Shown: piece after piece, positions 18,466 through 28,324 of the stretch | Layout of the letters: each line of letters starts with the position of its first letter | Position numbering within the stretch: position 1 is the first letter of the stretch | Origin: Aneurinibacillus sp. | GTDB taxonomy: Bacteria > Bacillota > UBA5301 > DYFA01 | Reading direction: 5' to 3' | Assembly (NCBI GenBank): GCA_020725425.1 | Contig: DYFA01000027.1 | Coordinates: 24,131 to 88,130 of the forward strand | DNA length: 64,000 nucleotides | Notes under the pieces: model-generated | The model's database searches: none | The model's input: only the letters and a program-made list of their open reading frames with translations | What the model was told of the DNA's origin: nothing | Program-made: the position numbers and the translations under genes

Positions 18466-19416
18466 ATGCCGTCAGTCCTCATCACCGGCGCCAGCGGCTG
18501 CGTCGGCCACTATGTGGTCGACGAGTTTGCCGCGGCCGGATACGAAGCGTACCTGCTGGTACGGAACCCAGCCAAACTGCGCTTCGACCCGGCGACCCGC
18601 CCGAACGTCACTGTCGTCCGGGGCGACCTGACCGAACTGAGCGCCCACGCTGCGCTGCTTTCGCAGATGGACTACTGCGTCCATACGGCCGCTGCCTGGG
18701 GCGGGCCGGCGGCCTGGGAAGTGAACGTCCGCCGGACCCACGAACTGTTCACCCTGCTGAACCCGGAGCGGGTGCGGCGGATCGTCTACTTCTCCACCGC
18801 CAGCATCCTCGGCCGGGGAAACCGGTTGCTCCACGAGGTGGACCGGTACGGAACGGACTACATCCGCTCGAAGTACCGGGCCTATGTGGAGTTGCCCCAG
18901 TCACCCAACTATGAGCGGATCGTGACAGTCTTCCCCACCCTGGTCTTCGGGGGGGACCGGGGCCACCCCACCTCCCACCTCAGCTCCGGCCTGCCGCTCC
19001 TGAAGCGCTGGGCGTGGCTCCTGGGGCGGCTGGACACGGACGCCTGGTTCCACTTCATCCATGCCAGGGACATCGCCCGGCTGGTGCGACACTTGGTTGA
19101 GGCGGAACAGGTGGAGAAAGACAACGTCCTGGGGAATGAGCCGCTCAGCTTCGGCGAGTTCACCCGGCGGGTGGCGGCCTACTTCGGCCACCGGATCGGT
19201 TGGCAGCTCCATCTGTCCCCGCAGGCCATGTACCGCTTCGCGAGGCTCATGGGCGCCAGGATGAGCCCCTGGGACCGGTTCTGCATCGAATACGGCGACT
19301 TCCGCTACCGGACGGTCAACTGCCCCGCCGTGGGCCTGCCCGGCGACCTCTCGACCCTCGAGGGCATCCTGGCGGACTGGGAGCGGGCGCAGCGCGAGGC
19401 GGTGGTGGAGCCATAG
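18466..19416 (+). CDS. NAD-dependent epimerase/dehydratase family protein
   Basis: Rossmann motif ITGASGCVGHYVV. ATG after an AAAGGAG ribosome-binding site. Confidence 0.75.
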   Translation: MPSVLITGASGCVGHYVVDEFAAAGYEAYLLVRNPAKLRFDPATRPNVTVVRGDLTELSAHAALLSQMDYCVHTAAAWGGPAAWEVNVRRTHELFTLLNPERVRRIVYFSTASILGRGNRLLHEVDRYGTDYIRSKYRAYVELPQSPNYERIVTVFPTLVFGGDRGHPTSHLSSGLPLLKRWAWLLGRLDTDAWFHFIHARDIARLVRHLVEAEQVEKDNVLGNEPLSFGEFTRRVAAYFGHRIGWQLHLSPQAMYRFARLMGARMSPWDRFCIEYGDFRYRTVNCPAVGLPGDLSTLEGILADWERAQREAVVEP

Positions 19417-19418
19417 CC

Positions 19419-20438
19419 GGAGGGGTCCTGGTCATCCTGGCCTTCGCCGCGCTGGGGTCGGCCGCCGCGGTGGTGGCGCGCCGCTACCAGGCCCTGCGCC
19501 ATGACGTCCATGCCTTCACCACCTTCTCCTTCCCGATCAGGCGGCCGCGGCTCGCCGCCTTCACTGTAGCCGACCCCTATCGCGTCCCCGGCACCTACCG
19601 CAAGGGGCAACTCCACCTGCACACCTCCAACTCGCCGGACGTGCGGGAGAAGAAACCGGTCCGGGAGACAGTGCTGGCCTACCGGCGCGCCGGGTACAGC
19701 TTCGTGGTCCTGACCGACCACGACCGGGTGACCGACGTCGCGGGCCTGGCCGACCTGAACACCCCGGACTTCGCCGTGCTCCCGGGGGAGGAGAGGACTC
19801 TGCCGGTCATCACTTGGCCATTAGGGAGGCACCTGCTGCGGATCGGGATCGGCAGGGACGAGGTTCGGGCTGTGGCGCACCCGAGCTGGGGCGGGAATCT
19901 CGGAACCGGGCGCTGGAGCCTGAAAGACCTGCTGAGGCGGAGGGACTACCAGCTCATCGAAGTGCTCAACGGCAAGTCCAATTCGACCCTGGATTTCTGG
20001 CTGTGGCACAAGGTCCTCGAGCGGCGGGGATACGCCGATCCGGTCTGGGGGATCGCCGTGGATGACACCGACAACGCCGAGCCGATCGACGCCGGGTGGG
20101 TCATGGTCAAGACGGCGGAGGTCTCCCGGGAGGCCCTGCTGGCCGCCTTGCGGAGAGGCAGCTTCTACGCCACCAACGGCGCGCTGGCGGAGTTCGGGGT
20201 GGTGGACGGAGCGATCCGAGCCGAAGCCTCAGCGGGAGCCTGGATCAGGTTTATCAACGCCCGGAACGAGGTCGTGGCGGTTTTCCGGGGTGACCGGGGC
20301 GAGTACCGGCCGGTGGGCGACGAGGGGTTCGTCCGGGTCGAGGTGGAGAGCCAGGCTGGGTACGCCGCCTGGTCCCAGCCGTTCTTCCTGATCCCTTCGG
20401 ACGGCGCGGCGGAGGGGGGTGACGGGCGCCATGGATAA
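19419..20438 (+). CDS. PHP-domain metal-dependent phosphoesterase (membrane-anchored)
   Basis: N-terminal transmembrane helix, then GQLHLHTSNSPD and further His/Asp motifs typical of PHP domains. The start codon is unresolved: the ORF overlaps the 3' end of the upstream gene and has no obvious ATG/GTG. Confidence 0.5.
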   Translation, partial: GGVLVILAFAALGSAAAVVARRYQALRHDVHAFTTFSFPIRRPRLAAFTVADPYRVPGTYRKGQLHLHTSNSPDVREKKPVRETVLAYRRAGYSFVVLTDHDRVTDVAGLADLNTPDFAVLPGEERTLPVITWPLGRHLLRIGIGRDEVRAVAHPSWGGNLGTGRWSLKDLLRRRDYQLIEVLNGKSNSTLDFWLWHKVLERRGYADPVWGIAVDDTDNAEPIDAGWVMVKTAEVSREALLAALRRGSFYATNGALAEFGVVDGAIRAEASAGAWIRFINARNEVVAVFRGDRGEYRPVGDEGFVRVEVESQAGYAAWSQPFFLIPSDGAAEGGDGRHG

Positions 20439-22164
20439 GACCCGCCGACTTTTGGCCTATCTCAAGCCGCACTGGAGGACGTTCCTCGGTGGCTTCCTGG
20501 CCATGCTCGTGGTCATCGCCATCAACCTCATGATCCCCTTCATCTTCGGCCGGCTGCTGGGGACTCTCCTCCACCGGGGACAGCAGGTTCAGCTCAACCT
20601 CCTGGCCGGCGGCGTGGTGGTGCTCGTCCTCATCAAGGGGGCCTTCTCCTTCGCCCGCAACTACCTGATGGCTTTCACCGGCCACCGGGTCGTCGTCAGG
20701 CTGCGTAACCAGATCTACGAGCAACTGCAGCGGATGTCCATCGGGTACCACGAGTCCCACCGGACCGGCGAACTCCTGGCCAGGATCACGAACGACGTAG
20801 GTCTTATCCAGACGAGCATCTCCAGCGGGGTGGCGGACCTCCTCTACCAGTCCCTCTACCTTACCGGGGTGTTGGTCGCCCTGTTTTACCTGCACTGGCG
20901 GCTGGCGCTCCTGACCCTCACCGTCTTTCCCCTGGCCGCCTACGTCGTGTCCCGGGCGGGGGAGCGCATCCGGGGGGTGAGCCGGCGCGTCCAGGAGAAG
21001 GTGGCCGACCTCACCTCCGTCCTCCACGAGAACCTGGCCGGCATTCGGATCATCAAGGCTTTCACCATGGAGGAGCGGGAGGCGCAGCGGTTCGCCGGGG
21101 AGAACGAGGCCAGCTTCCGGGCGGTCATGCGGTCGGAACAGGCTGTGGCGACGCTGGGCCCGCTGATCGAGCTGATCTTCACCGTGGCGCTGGCACTGGT
21201 GATGTGGTACGGCGGGGGGGAGGTCATCCGCGGGCGCCTGGAGGCCAGCGAGCTTCTAACCTTTTTCACCCTGATCGCCATGGCGGGGGCGCCTCTGACG
21301 ACGCTGACCAACACCTTCAACGGCTTCCAGCAGGCTCTGGCCGCCGCCGAGCGGGTGTTCCAGGTCCTGGACTCCGAACCGGAGATCCGGGACGCGCCGG
21401 GCGCCATCACCCTCCCTCGCCTGGCGGGGCGGGTGGAATTCCAGGACGTGACCTTCGGCTACCGGGAGGGGCAGCCGGTCCTTTCCCACCTGAACCTGGA
21501 CGTCCGTCCGGGCGAGGTGGTGGCGCTGGTCGGGCCGAGCGGCGCCGGCAAGACCAGCCTGGTGAACCTCATCCCCCGCTTCTACGATCCGTCGGAAGGC
21601 CGGGTCCTGGTGGACGGGTACGACCTCCGGACGGTCAAGGCGGCCTCCCTCCGTGCCCAGATCGGTCTCGTCCCCCAGGAGACGCTGCTCTTCAGCGTGA
21701 GTGTCCGGGAGAACATCGCCTACGGGCGGCTCGGGGCGACGGAGGAGGAGATTGTCGCCGCCGCCAAGGCGGCCAACGCCCATGACTTCATCCTGGAACT
21801 GCCGGACGGCTACGACACCCTGATCGGCGAGCGGGGGGCCGCTCTCTCCGGGGGACAGCGGCAGCGAATCGCCATCGCCCGGGCCATCCTGCGCGACCCG
21901 CGCCTTCTCATCCTGGACGAGGCGACCTCCGCCCTGGACACTGAATCGGAGCGACTGATCCAGGCGGCGCTGGAAAACCTGATGCGGGGCCGGACGACCT
22001 TCGTGATCGCTCACCGGCTCTCCACGGTCCAACGCGCCCATCGGATCGTCGTCCTGGCCGAAGGACGCATTGTCGAGCAGGGAACCCACGAGGAGCTGCT
22101 GGCGAAGGACGGCCTGTACCGCAGGTTGTACGAGACGCAGTTCACTGAGGGTCCTCGACCGTAA
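20431..22164 (+). CDS. ABC exporter, fused permease-ATPase (MsbA-like)
   Basis: Six transmembrane helices, then ATPase domain (GPSGAGKTS; LSGGQRQRIAIARAIL; LILDEATSALD). ATG at 20431 is about 14 nt after GGAGGGGGG. Confidence 0.85.
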   Translation: MDKTRRLLAYLKPHWRTFLGGFLAMLVVIAINLMIPFIFGRLLGTLLHRGQQVQLNLLAGGVVVLVLIKGAFSFARNYLMAFTGHRVVVRLRNQIYEQLQRMSIGYHESHRTGELLARITNDVGLIQTSISSGVADLLYQSLYLTGVLVALFYLHWRLALLTLTVFPLAAYVVSRAGERIRGVSRRVQEKVADLTSVLHENLAGIRIIKAFTMEEREAQRFAGENEASFRAVMRSEQAVATLGPLIELIFTVALALVMWYGGGEVIRGRLEASELLTFFTLIAMAGAPLTTLTNTFNGFQQALAAAERVFQVLDSEPEIRDAPGAITLPRLAGRVEFQDVTFGYREGQPVLSHLNLDVRPGEVVALVGPSGAGKTSLVNLIPRFYDPSEGRVLVDGYDLRTVKAASLRAQIGLVPQETLLFSVSVRENIAYGRLGATEEEIVAAAKAANAHDFILELPDGYDTLIGERGAALSGGQRQRIAIARAILRDPRLLILDEATSALDTESERLIQAALENLMRGRTTFVIAHRLSTVQRAHRIVVLAEGRIVEQGTHEELLAKDGLYRRLYETQFTEGPRP

Positions 22165-22215
22165 GACCGTAATTGGTCCGATTTATCCGAAGCCGGGATA
22201 AGGCATACTTAGAGC

Positions 22216-24111
22216 ATGGTTATTCTGCTTCTGGTCGCCATCCCGCTGGCGGCGGGGTTGTTCACGCTGATCGGCGGGGCGTGGACGAGATACGTCGCCG
22301 TGGGTGGGGCCGTCCTGTCGCTTCTCTCGGGGGCAGCCCTCGTTCTGGCGCACGGCCGCCTCGCCCTGGATGCCGCCACCCTCCTCGGCGGCTTCCGTCC
22401 CGGCCCGCTCTTCGGGATTCTCGATGCCCTGCTCCTGGCCTACATCGGCCTGACCGGCTGGCGGCTGCGGCACCTCCTCCTCACCCTGCTTGCCTTGGTA
22501 CAACTGGCTGGGATCCTCTACCTCGAAGGGGTGCCCCGGCCCGAAGCCGGCCGCTTCGTCGTGGACGGGCTCTCGGCAGTGATGGTGCTCGTCGTCTCCG
22601 TCGTGGGTTCGCTGGTGGCCCTCTTCAGCCTCCCCTACATGCGGGAGTACGAGCGGCACGCCCAGGGCACGGCGGGACCCAGGCGCTTTTTCGCCGTGCT
22701 CCTCGCTTTCCTCGGCCTCATGAACGGCCTCGTCCTGGCCGATGACCTTCACTGGGTCTACTTCTTCTGGGAGGCGACCACCCTTGCCTCATTCCTGCTC
22801 ATCTCCCATCCGCAGTCGGGCGACGCCGTCCCCAACGCGGCCTATGCGCTGACGGTCAACTCGCTCGGAGGCGTGGCCTTCGTCGGCGCTCTGGTCCTGC
22901 TCGCGGGGCGGGGAGAAGCGTCCCTCGAACAGCTCGCGGCGACACCGCCTGCTCCCGGAATCCTCGTGCCGCTGGGGCTGCTCCTCTTCGCCGCCTTCAT
23001 CAAGGCCGCCCAGTTCCCCTTCCAGCGCTGGCTCACCGCGGCCATGGTGGCCCCCACCCCGGTCTCAGCCCTCCTCCACTCCAGCACCATGGTGAAGGCC
23101 GCCGTCTACCTCGTCCTTCGCCTGGCGCCGGCCTTCCGCGGCACACCCCTGGCGCTGGCGGCCGCCGTCTACGGGGCCTTCTCCTTCTTCGCCGGTTCGG
23201 CCACAGCCATCGGACAGGCCAACGGAAAGAAGGTGCTGGCCTACTCGACCATCGCCAACCTGGGGCTCATCATCGCCTGCGCCGGTGTGGGGACGACCGG
23301 CGCCCTCGCCGCCGCGATCCTCCTGGTCCTCTTCCACGCCGCCACCAAGGCGCTCCTCTTCCTCTGCGTGGGGACGATCGAGCACGGCATCGGCACCCGC
23401 AACATCGAGGAGATGGAAGGGGTCATGTGGAAGATGCCGGTGACGACGGTCCTAACCGTTCTCGCCATGCTGGCGATGGTGGTCCCCCCCTTCGGCATGC
23501 TGATCGGAAAGTGGCTGGCGATCGAATCGAGCGTCCGGACCCCGCTGGTCCTGGCCTTCGTCGTCTTCGGCTCCGCTTTCACTCTCGTCTTCTGGTCCAA
23601 GTGGATCGGCCGGATTCTCACCGTCTCCTACCACCGGAAGTTCCGCTGGGAGCGCCTGCCCGTCCTCCTCCGCCTTCCCAAGCTCCTGCTCCTTTTGGCC
23701 GTCTTCTCTGGGAGCATCGGCGTGGCGCCCCTCTACAACCGGCTCGTCCGGCCGGTGATCGTCGACCAGTTCGACGCCCGGGGCTTTGTCCGAACCGGCG
23801 GGGGAGGACTGACCACCGGCTTCGGGGATTTCCTGCCGTGGCCCATTTTCCTGGTCATCCTGGGAGTGCTGCTGCTCCTCCTCGTCATGGTCGGCCGACT
23901 CGAACCGGAGGACGCCCGACCGCCGTATCTTTGCGGAGAGAACGCCGACCAGAAGCCGGGAACGTCCTTCCACACCGCCCGGGACGAGGTGGAGATCGCT
24001 GAGACAGGCAACTTCTACCTGGAGTCGGTCTTCGGCGAGGGAATGGTGCGCCAGTGGGCCGACCCGCTAGCCCTGGCGATCCTGTTGCTGATGGTGGGGT
24101 TCCTGCGGTAA
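22216..24111 (+). CDS. echA: Ech-type hydrogenase membrane subunit (NuoL/MnhA antiporter-like; EchA/HyfB-like)
   Basis: 631-aa polytopic protein of the complex I antiporter-subunit family. First gene of an ech-like operon. Confidence 0.75.
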   Translation: MVILLLVAIPLAAGLFTLIGGAWTRYVAVGGAVLSLLSGAALVLAHGRLALDAATLLGGFRPGPLFGILDALLLAYIGLTGWRLRHLLLTLLALVQLAGILYLEGVPRPEAGRFVVDGLSAVMVLVVSVVGSLVALFSLPYMREYERHAQGTAGPRRFFAVLLAFLGLMNGLVLADDLHWVYFFWEATTLASFLLISHPQSGDAVPNAAYALTVNSLGGVAFVGALVLLAGRGEASLEQLAATPPAPGILVPLGLLLFAAFIKAAQFPFQRWLTAAMVAPTPVSALLHSSTMVKAAVYLVLRLAPAFRGTPLALAAAVYGAFSFFAGSATAIGQANGKKVLAYSTIANLGLIIACAGVGTTGALAAAILLVLFHAATKALLFLCVGTIEHGIGTRNIEEMEGVMWKMPVTTVLTVLAMLAMVVPPFGMLIGKWLAIESSVRTPLVLAFVVFGSAFTLVFWSKWIGRILTVSYHRKFRWERLPVLLRLPKLLLLLAVFSGSIGVAPLYNRLVRPVIVDQFDARGFVRTGGGGLTTGFGDFLPWPIFLVILGVLLLLLVMVGRLEPEDARPPYLCGENADQKPGTSFHTARDEVEIAETGNFYLESVFGEGMVRQWADPLALAILLLMVGFLR

Positions 24112-24161
24112 GGCCTGTGAGGTTAATACAGCGCACCTCCCGGCGGGAGACTATAACTTCG

Positions 24162-25034
24162 ATGGTTTACCGTCCACTCCTGATCGCTTTTGGAGTCCTT
24201 GTCCTGGCGCCGCTCCTGGGCGGGCTCCTCACCGGGTTCGACCGGTGGCTCTCGGCGCGCCTCCAGGCGAGGGTCGGCCCTCCGCTCTGGCAGCCCTTCG
24301 CCGACCTGGTGAAGCTGTGGCACAAGGACCGGCTCACCGTCAACGTGGTGCAGATCCTCTACGCCAACGCCTACCTACTCTTCGTCGCAGCTGCCCTGGC
24401 GGAGCTGGCCCTGGGCCACGACCTCCTGATGCTTCTCTTCACCCTCGCCTTCGGCACCATCTCGCTGGTGCTGGGGGGGTTCAGCGTCCGCTCCCCCTAC
24501 AGCCGGTTCGGAGCCCAGCGGGAGATCATGCAGCTTCTGGCGTACGAACCGATCCTGGTTCTGATGGTGGTGGCGATCTACCTCCGAACGGGCAGTTTCC
24601 TGGTGAGCCGGGTGGTCGTCTTCCCACGACCCTTGCTCCCCAGCCTGCCCCTGATCTTTCTCGGCTACCTGCTGGTCGTCGTCATCAAGCTGCGCAAGTC
24701 CCCCTTCGACCTGGCCACCTCACTCCACCACCCCCACCAGGAACTGGTCAAGGGCATTCTCACCGATTATTCCGGGCCATACTTGGGCATCATCGAGCTG
24801 GCCCACTGGTACGAGCTCGTCCTGCTTCTCGGTCTGGCGGGTCTCTTCTGGGCGACCAGCGTCTGGGCGGCGGCCGGGGTGGCTCTCCTGGTCTACCTGG
24901 CAGCCATCACCGTCGACAACGTCTCCGCCCGGGTTACCTGGGCCTGGATGCTGCGCTTCGCTTGGCAGGCGGGGCTGGGGTTGGCCGCCATCAACGTAGT
25001 CTGGCTGTACCTTTGGGGGGCGGGTATGCCGTGA
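24162..25034 (+). CDS. echB: Ech-type hydrogenase membrane subunit (NuoH/HycD-like; EchB)
   Basis: NuoH-family helices and N-terminal LLGGLLTGFDRWLSARLQARVGP..WQPFADLVKL. Confidence 0.8.
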   Translation: MVYRPLLIAFGVLVLAPLLGGLLTGFDRWLSARLQARVGPPLWQPFADLVKLWHKDRLTVNVVQILYANAYLLFVAAALAELALGHDLLMLLFTLAFGTISLVLGGFSVRSPYSRFGAQREIMQLLAYEPILVLMVVAIYLRTGSFLVSRVVVFPRPLLPSLPLIFLGYLLVVVIKLRKSPFDLATSLHHPHQELVKGILTDYSGPYLGIIELAHWYELVLLLGLAGLFWATSVWAAAGVALLVYLAAITVDNVSARVTWAWMLRFAWQAGLGLAAINVVWLYLWGAGMP

Positions 25035-25531
25035 GCATCGTGCGGTGGGCCCGGGGGAAGTCGCCCTGGTATTTCCACTACGAGACGGGGAGCTGCAACG
25101 GGTGCGCCATCGAGGTCTTCGCCCTCCAGACCCCCCTCTACGACCTGGAACGGTTCGGGATCATGAACACCGGCAACCCCAAGCACGCCGACCTCCTCCT
25201 CGTCACCGGCTGTGTCGGGTATCGGAGCGGGCGGGTGCTCCGGAACCTGTACCACCAGATGCCCGGGCCGAAGGCGGTGGTGGCGATCGGGGTCTGCGCC
25301 CTGACCGGCGGCATCTTCCACGACTGCTACAACCTGGCTCCGGGGGCCGACAAGGTGATACCGGTGGACGTCTACGTGCCGGGGTGCGCCCCCTGGCCGG
25401 AGGCCATGATCGACGGGATCCTCCTGGCGGCGGAGAAGCTCCGGGGGGCGCCGGTGGCCCGGGACCGCCGGCGCCTGGTCGAAGAGGAGGAACCGCCGGC
25501 CGGGGGGGCGGGGGAGGAGGGGAAGGCATGA
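25031..25531 (+). CDS. echC: [NiFe] hydrogenase small subunit (NuoB-like; EchC)
   Basis: NuoB-like Fe-S motifs GSCNGCAIE, AIGVCALTGGIF, VPGCAP. GTG at 25031 overlaps the upstream stop (GTGA). Confidence 0.85.
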   Translation: MSIVRWARGKSPWYFHYETGSCNGCAIEVFALQTPLYDLERFGIMNTGNPKHADLLLVTGCVGYRSGRVLRNLYHQMPGPKAVVAIGVCALTGGIFHDCYNLAPGADKVIPVDVYVPGCAPWPEAMIDGILLAAEKLRGAPVARDRRRLVEEEEPPAGGAGEEGKA

Positions 25532-25896
25532 TCCCGGACGTCACTCAGGTGGGAGTGGAGCAGTTGCTCACGGTGGTCCAGGGCTTGGCGGAGGAAGGGT
25601 GCCGGCTCGTCTCCATCACCGGCGTGGACGCCGGCGACGCCTTCGAGCTGCTCTACCACTTCGACCGGGAGTTGCGCCTGACCCACCTGCGGGTCCGTCT
25701 CCCGAAGGGGCAGGAACTGCCCAGCATCAGCCGGATCTACTTCTGCGCCTTCGTCCCCGAGAACGAACTCCAGGACTTCTTCGGGATCAGGGTGGCCAAC
25801 CCGGTGATCGACTACGGGGGGCACATGCTCCTCGCCCGCGAGTCGCCGGAGACGCCTCTCGTCAAGCGGGAGCGGCCGGAGGGGGCAGAGCGCTAG
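25528..25896 (+). CDS. echD: NuoC-like subunit (EchD)
   Basis: 122-aa NuoC/30 kDa-like domain. ATGA overlap with echC. Confidence 0.7.
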   Translation: MIPDVTQVGVEQLLTVVQGLAEEGCRLVSITGVDAGDAFELLYHFDRELRLTHLRVRLPKGQELPSISRIYFCAFVPENELQDFFGIRVANPVIDYGGHMLLARESPETPLVKRERPEGAER

Positions 25897-26975
25897 TGCC
25901 CGGCCAGAGCGTGATCCCCTTCGGGCCCCAGCACCCCGTCTTCCCCGAACCCCTCCAGTTACGCCTGGTGATGAAAGAGGAGCGGGTGCTGGAGGCCGTC
26001 CCCGCCCTCGGCTACATGCATCGGGGCTTGGAGAAGCTCGCTGAGACGAAGGACTACGCCCAGAACGTCTTCCTCATGGAGCGGGTCTGCGGCATCTGCA
26101 GCTTCATGCACTCCCTCTGCTACTGCCAGGCGCTCGAGGATCTGATGGGAATCGAGGTCCCGCCCCGGGCCCGCTACCTCCGGACCATCTGGGCCGAACT
26201 TGGCCGCCTCCAGTCCCACCACCTCTGGCTGGGCCTTTTGGCCGACGCCTTCGGGTTCGAGAGCCTCTTCATGGAGTGCTGGAAGAACCGGGAGATCGTG
26301 ATGGACCTCTGCGAGGCGACCACGGGGAACCGGGTGATCATCTCCGGCAACGCCGTCGGGGGCTGCCGGCGGGACCTCGAACCCTCGGTCCTGAAGGAGA
26401 TCGGGCGGCGGATGGACGACCTGGAGCGAGGGTTGGACCGGGTGGCGCCGGTCTTCCAGGACGACCCCCTGATCAAGCAACGCACTGTCGGGACGGGGAT
26501 CATCACCCGGGAGGAGGTCATCCGGCTTGGGGCGGTGGGGCCGGTCCTCCGGGCCAGCGGGGTGGCGCAGGACATGAGGCAGCTCGGCTACGCCGCCTAC
26601 GGGGAACTGGACTTCCGGCCGGTGGTGGAAACGGGCGGGGACTCCTACTCCCGGCTGATGGCGCGCCTCGGCGAGACCTACCAGGCGATCGACCTGGTCC
26701 GGCAGGCGCTGCGGAGGATCCCAGAGGGCGAGGTGCTGCCGAAGGTCAAGGGACGCCCGGAGGGAGAGGCGGTCAGCCGGGTGGAGCAGCCCCGGGGGGA
26801 GCTCCTGTACTACGTCCGGGCCACCGGGAAGCCGCAGCTCGACCGGGTGCGGGTGAGGACCCCGACCCTCTCCAACATCCCCCCGCTCGTCCGGATGCTG
26901 GAGGGGTGCCGCCTGTCCGACGTGCCGGTGATCGCCCTCTCCATCGACTCCTGCGTCAGTTGCACCGAGCGCTGA
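25896..26975 (+). CDS. echE: [NiFe] hydrogenase large subunit (NuoD-like; EchE)
   Basis: N-terminal Ni-binding motif RVCGICSFMH and C-terminal DSCVSCTER (the DPCxxCxxR type, ending at the stop), as in Ech/Mbh group 4 enzymes. 359 aa. Confidence 0.9.
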   Translation: MPGQSVIPFGPQHPVFPEPLQLRLVMKEERVLEAVPALGYMHRGLEKLAETKDYAQNVFLMERVCGICSFMHSLCYCQALEDLMGIEVPPRARYLRTIWAELGRLQSHHLWLGLLADAFGFESLFMECWKNREIVMDLCEATTGNRVIISGNAVGGCRRDLEPSVLKEIGRRMDDLERGLDRVAPVFQDDPLIKQRTVGTGIITREEVIRLGAVGPVLRASGVAQDMRQLGYAAYGELDFRPVVETGGDSYSRLMARLGETYQAIDLVRQALRRIPEGEVLPKVKGRPEGEAVSRVEQPRGELLYYVRATGKPQLDRVRVRTPTLSNIPPLVRMLEGCRLSDVPVIALSIDSCVSCTER

Positions 26976-26994
26976 TTGCCTGCAGAAGAGGTGA

Positions 26995-27366
26995 ATGAGC
27001 GAAGTGTTCGAGATGCTCCGCGTCCTCAGCGCCAATCTCGGCCGCGGCCCGGCGACCCGGCGGTATCCGGCGGAGAAGCGAGCGATATTCCCCTCCTCCC
27101 GGGGGCGGATCGAGAGTGTCATCGAGAACTGCATCTTCTGCGGGGTCTGCCAGAAGCGGTGCCCGGCGGACTGCATCGTGGTGAACAAGGCGGAGAGAAC
27201 CTGGAACCTCGACCCCTACCAGTGCATCGTCTGTGGGGTGTGCGTGGAGGTCTGCCCGACGAAGGCCATCGCCATGCGGACCGAATACCGCAAGCCGCGC
27301 AGCGAGCGGACTCCCCTGACCCACCACCAGGAACCGGGACCCCGCGAAGGGCGGGTCGAAGGCTAG
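26995..27366 (+). CDS. echF: 2x[4Fe-4S] ferredoxin subunit (NuoI-like; EchF)
   Basis: Two CxxCxxCxxxCP motifs (CIFCGVCQKRCP; CIVCGVCVEVCP). Confidence 0.8.
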   Translation: MSEVFEMLRVLSANLGRGPATRRYPAEKRAIFPSSRGRIESVIENCIFCGVCQKRCPADCIVVNKAERTWNLDPYQCIVCGVCVEVCPTKAIAMRTEYRKPRSERTPLTHHQEPGPREGRVEG

Positions 27367-27397
27367 GGCGGAGGAACGGCCGGGGGGCGGGGAAGGG

Positions 27398-28309
27398 TCA
27401 CTCGGCAAGCGGTTCCTGCACCAGTTCCGCCCGACGCTCCGGGAGAGCGGCCAGTACCACCCCGGTGACTACGAGGCCGATGGCCAGGACCCCCTGAGCG
27501 GTGACCGCCTCCCCGAAGAAGGCGCCCAGGATAACGGCGATGACCGGGTTGACGAAGGCGTAGGTCCCGACGATGTGCGGGGGGACGTGCGCGACCAGCC
27601 ACGAGAAGGAGAAGTAGCCGATGCAGGAGCCGAAGACCGCGAGGTAGAGTATGGCCAGCAGGGGCTTAGGGGCGAGCAGCGCCGGGCCGACCCTGGCGCC
27701 ATCGCCGTGGAGCAGCGCCAGAAGCACGAAACCCGCCCCCCCGGCCAGCATCTGATACGCCACGCGCACCAGGAGCGATCCGGCGGGGCGGCGCTTGGCG
27801 ACCCAGACCGAGGCGAAGGCCCAGGTTGCCGCACCGACCAGCAGGATGAAAGCGTTGGCGGCCGACACCGCGGCTCCGCCGTTGGCGACCAGCAGGGCCA
27901 CCCCCGACAGGCCGAGCGCCAGGGCAACGAAGACGCGGAGGCTGGGGCGGGCGTGGGTCCCCATGAGCCAGGCGAAGAGCGTCATCCAGATGGGCACCGT
28001 GGCGGTGAGGGTGGCGACCAGACCTGAGGAGGTGGTCTGTTCCGCCCACAGCACGGCGCCGTTCCCCACCGGAAAGAGGAGCAGCCCGGAGAGGAAGGAG
28101 GTGGCCAGGGCGCGGCGGTCGAGCCGGAGCGAGTGTCCGAAGGCCTTGGCGGTGAGCAGCATCAACGTGCCCGCCGAAAGGAAGCGGACGACCCCGGTGA
28201 GGAACGGCGGCCAAACGGCGACGGCGAAGCGGATCGCCAGGTAGGTCGAGCCCCAGACCACGTAGATGATCGCCAGGTGGGTGAGCGCCAGGGGCGATAG
28301 ACTAGTCAT
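27398..28309 (-). CDS. EamA/DMT-family transporter
   Basis: 10-TM protein built from two EamA repeats. Confidence 0.7.
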   Translation of the reverse strand: MTSLSPLALTHLAIIYVVWGSTYLAIRFAVAVWPPFLTGVVRFLSAGTLMLLTAKAFGHSLRLDRRALATSFLSGLLLFPVGNGAVLWAEQTTSSGLVATLTATVPIWMTLFAWLMGTHARPSLRVFVALALGLSGVALLVANGGAAVSAANAFILLVGAATWAFASVWVAKRRPAGSLLVRVAYQMLAGGAGFVLLALLHGDGARVGPALLAPKPLLAILYLAVFGSCIGYFSFSWLVAHVPPHIVGTYAFVNPVIAVILGAFFGEAVTAQGVLAIGLVVTGVVLAALPERRAELVQEPLAE

Positions 28310-28324
28310 GCTCGACTCCCTTCG

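Noticed and set aside
25959-27188. 409-aa minus-strand ORF
   Set aside because: Antisense to the NiFe large-subunit and ferredoxin genes, whose motifs are unambiguous on the plus strand.
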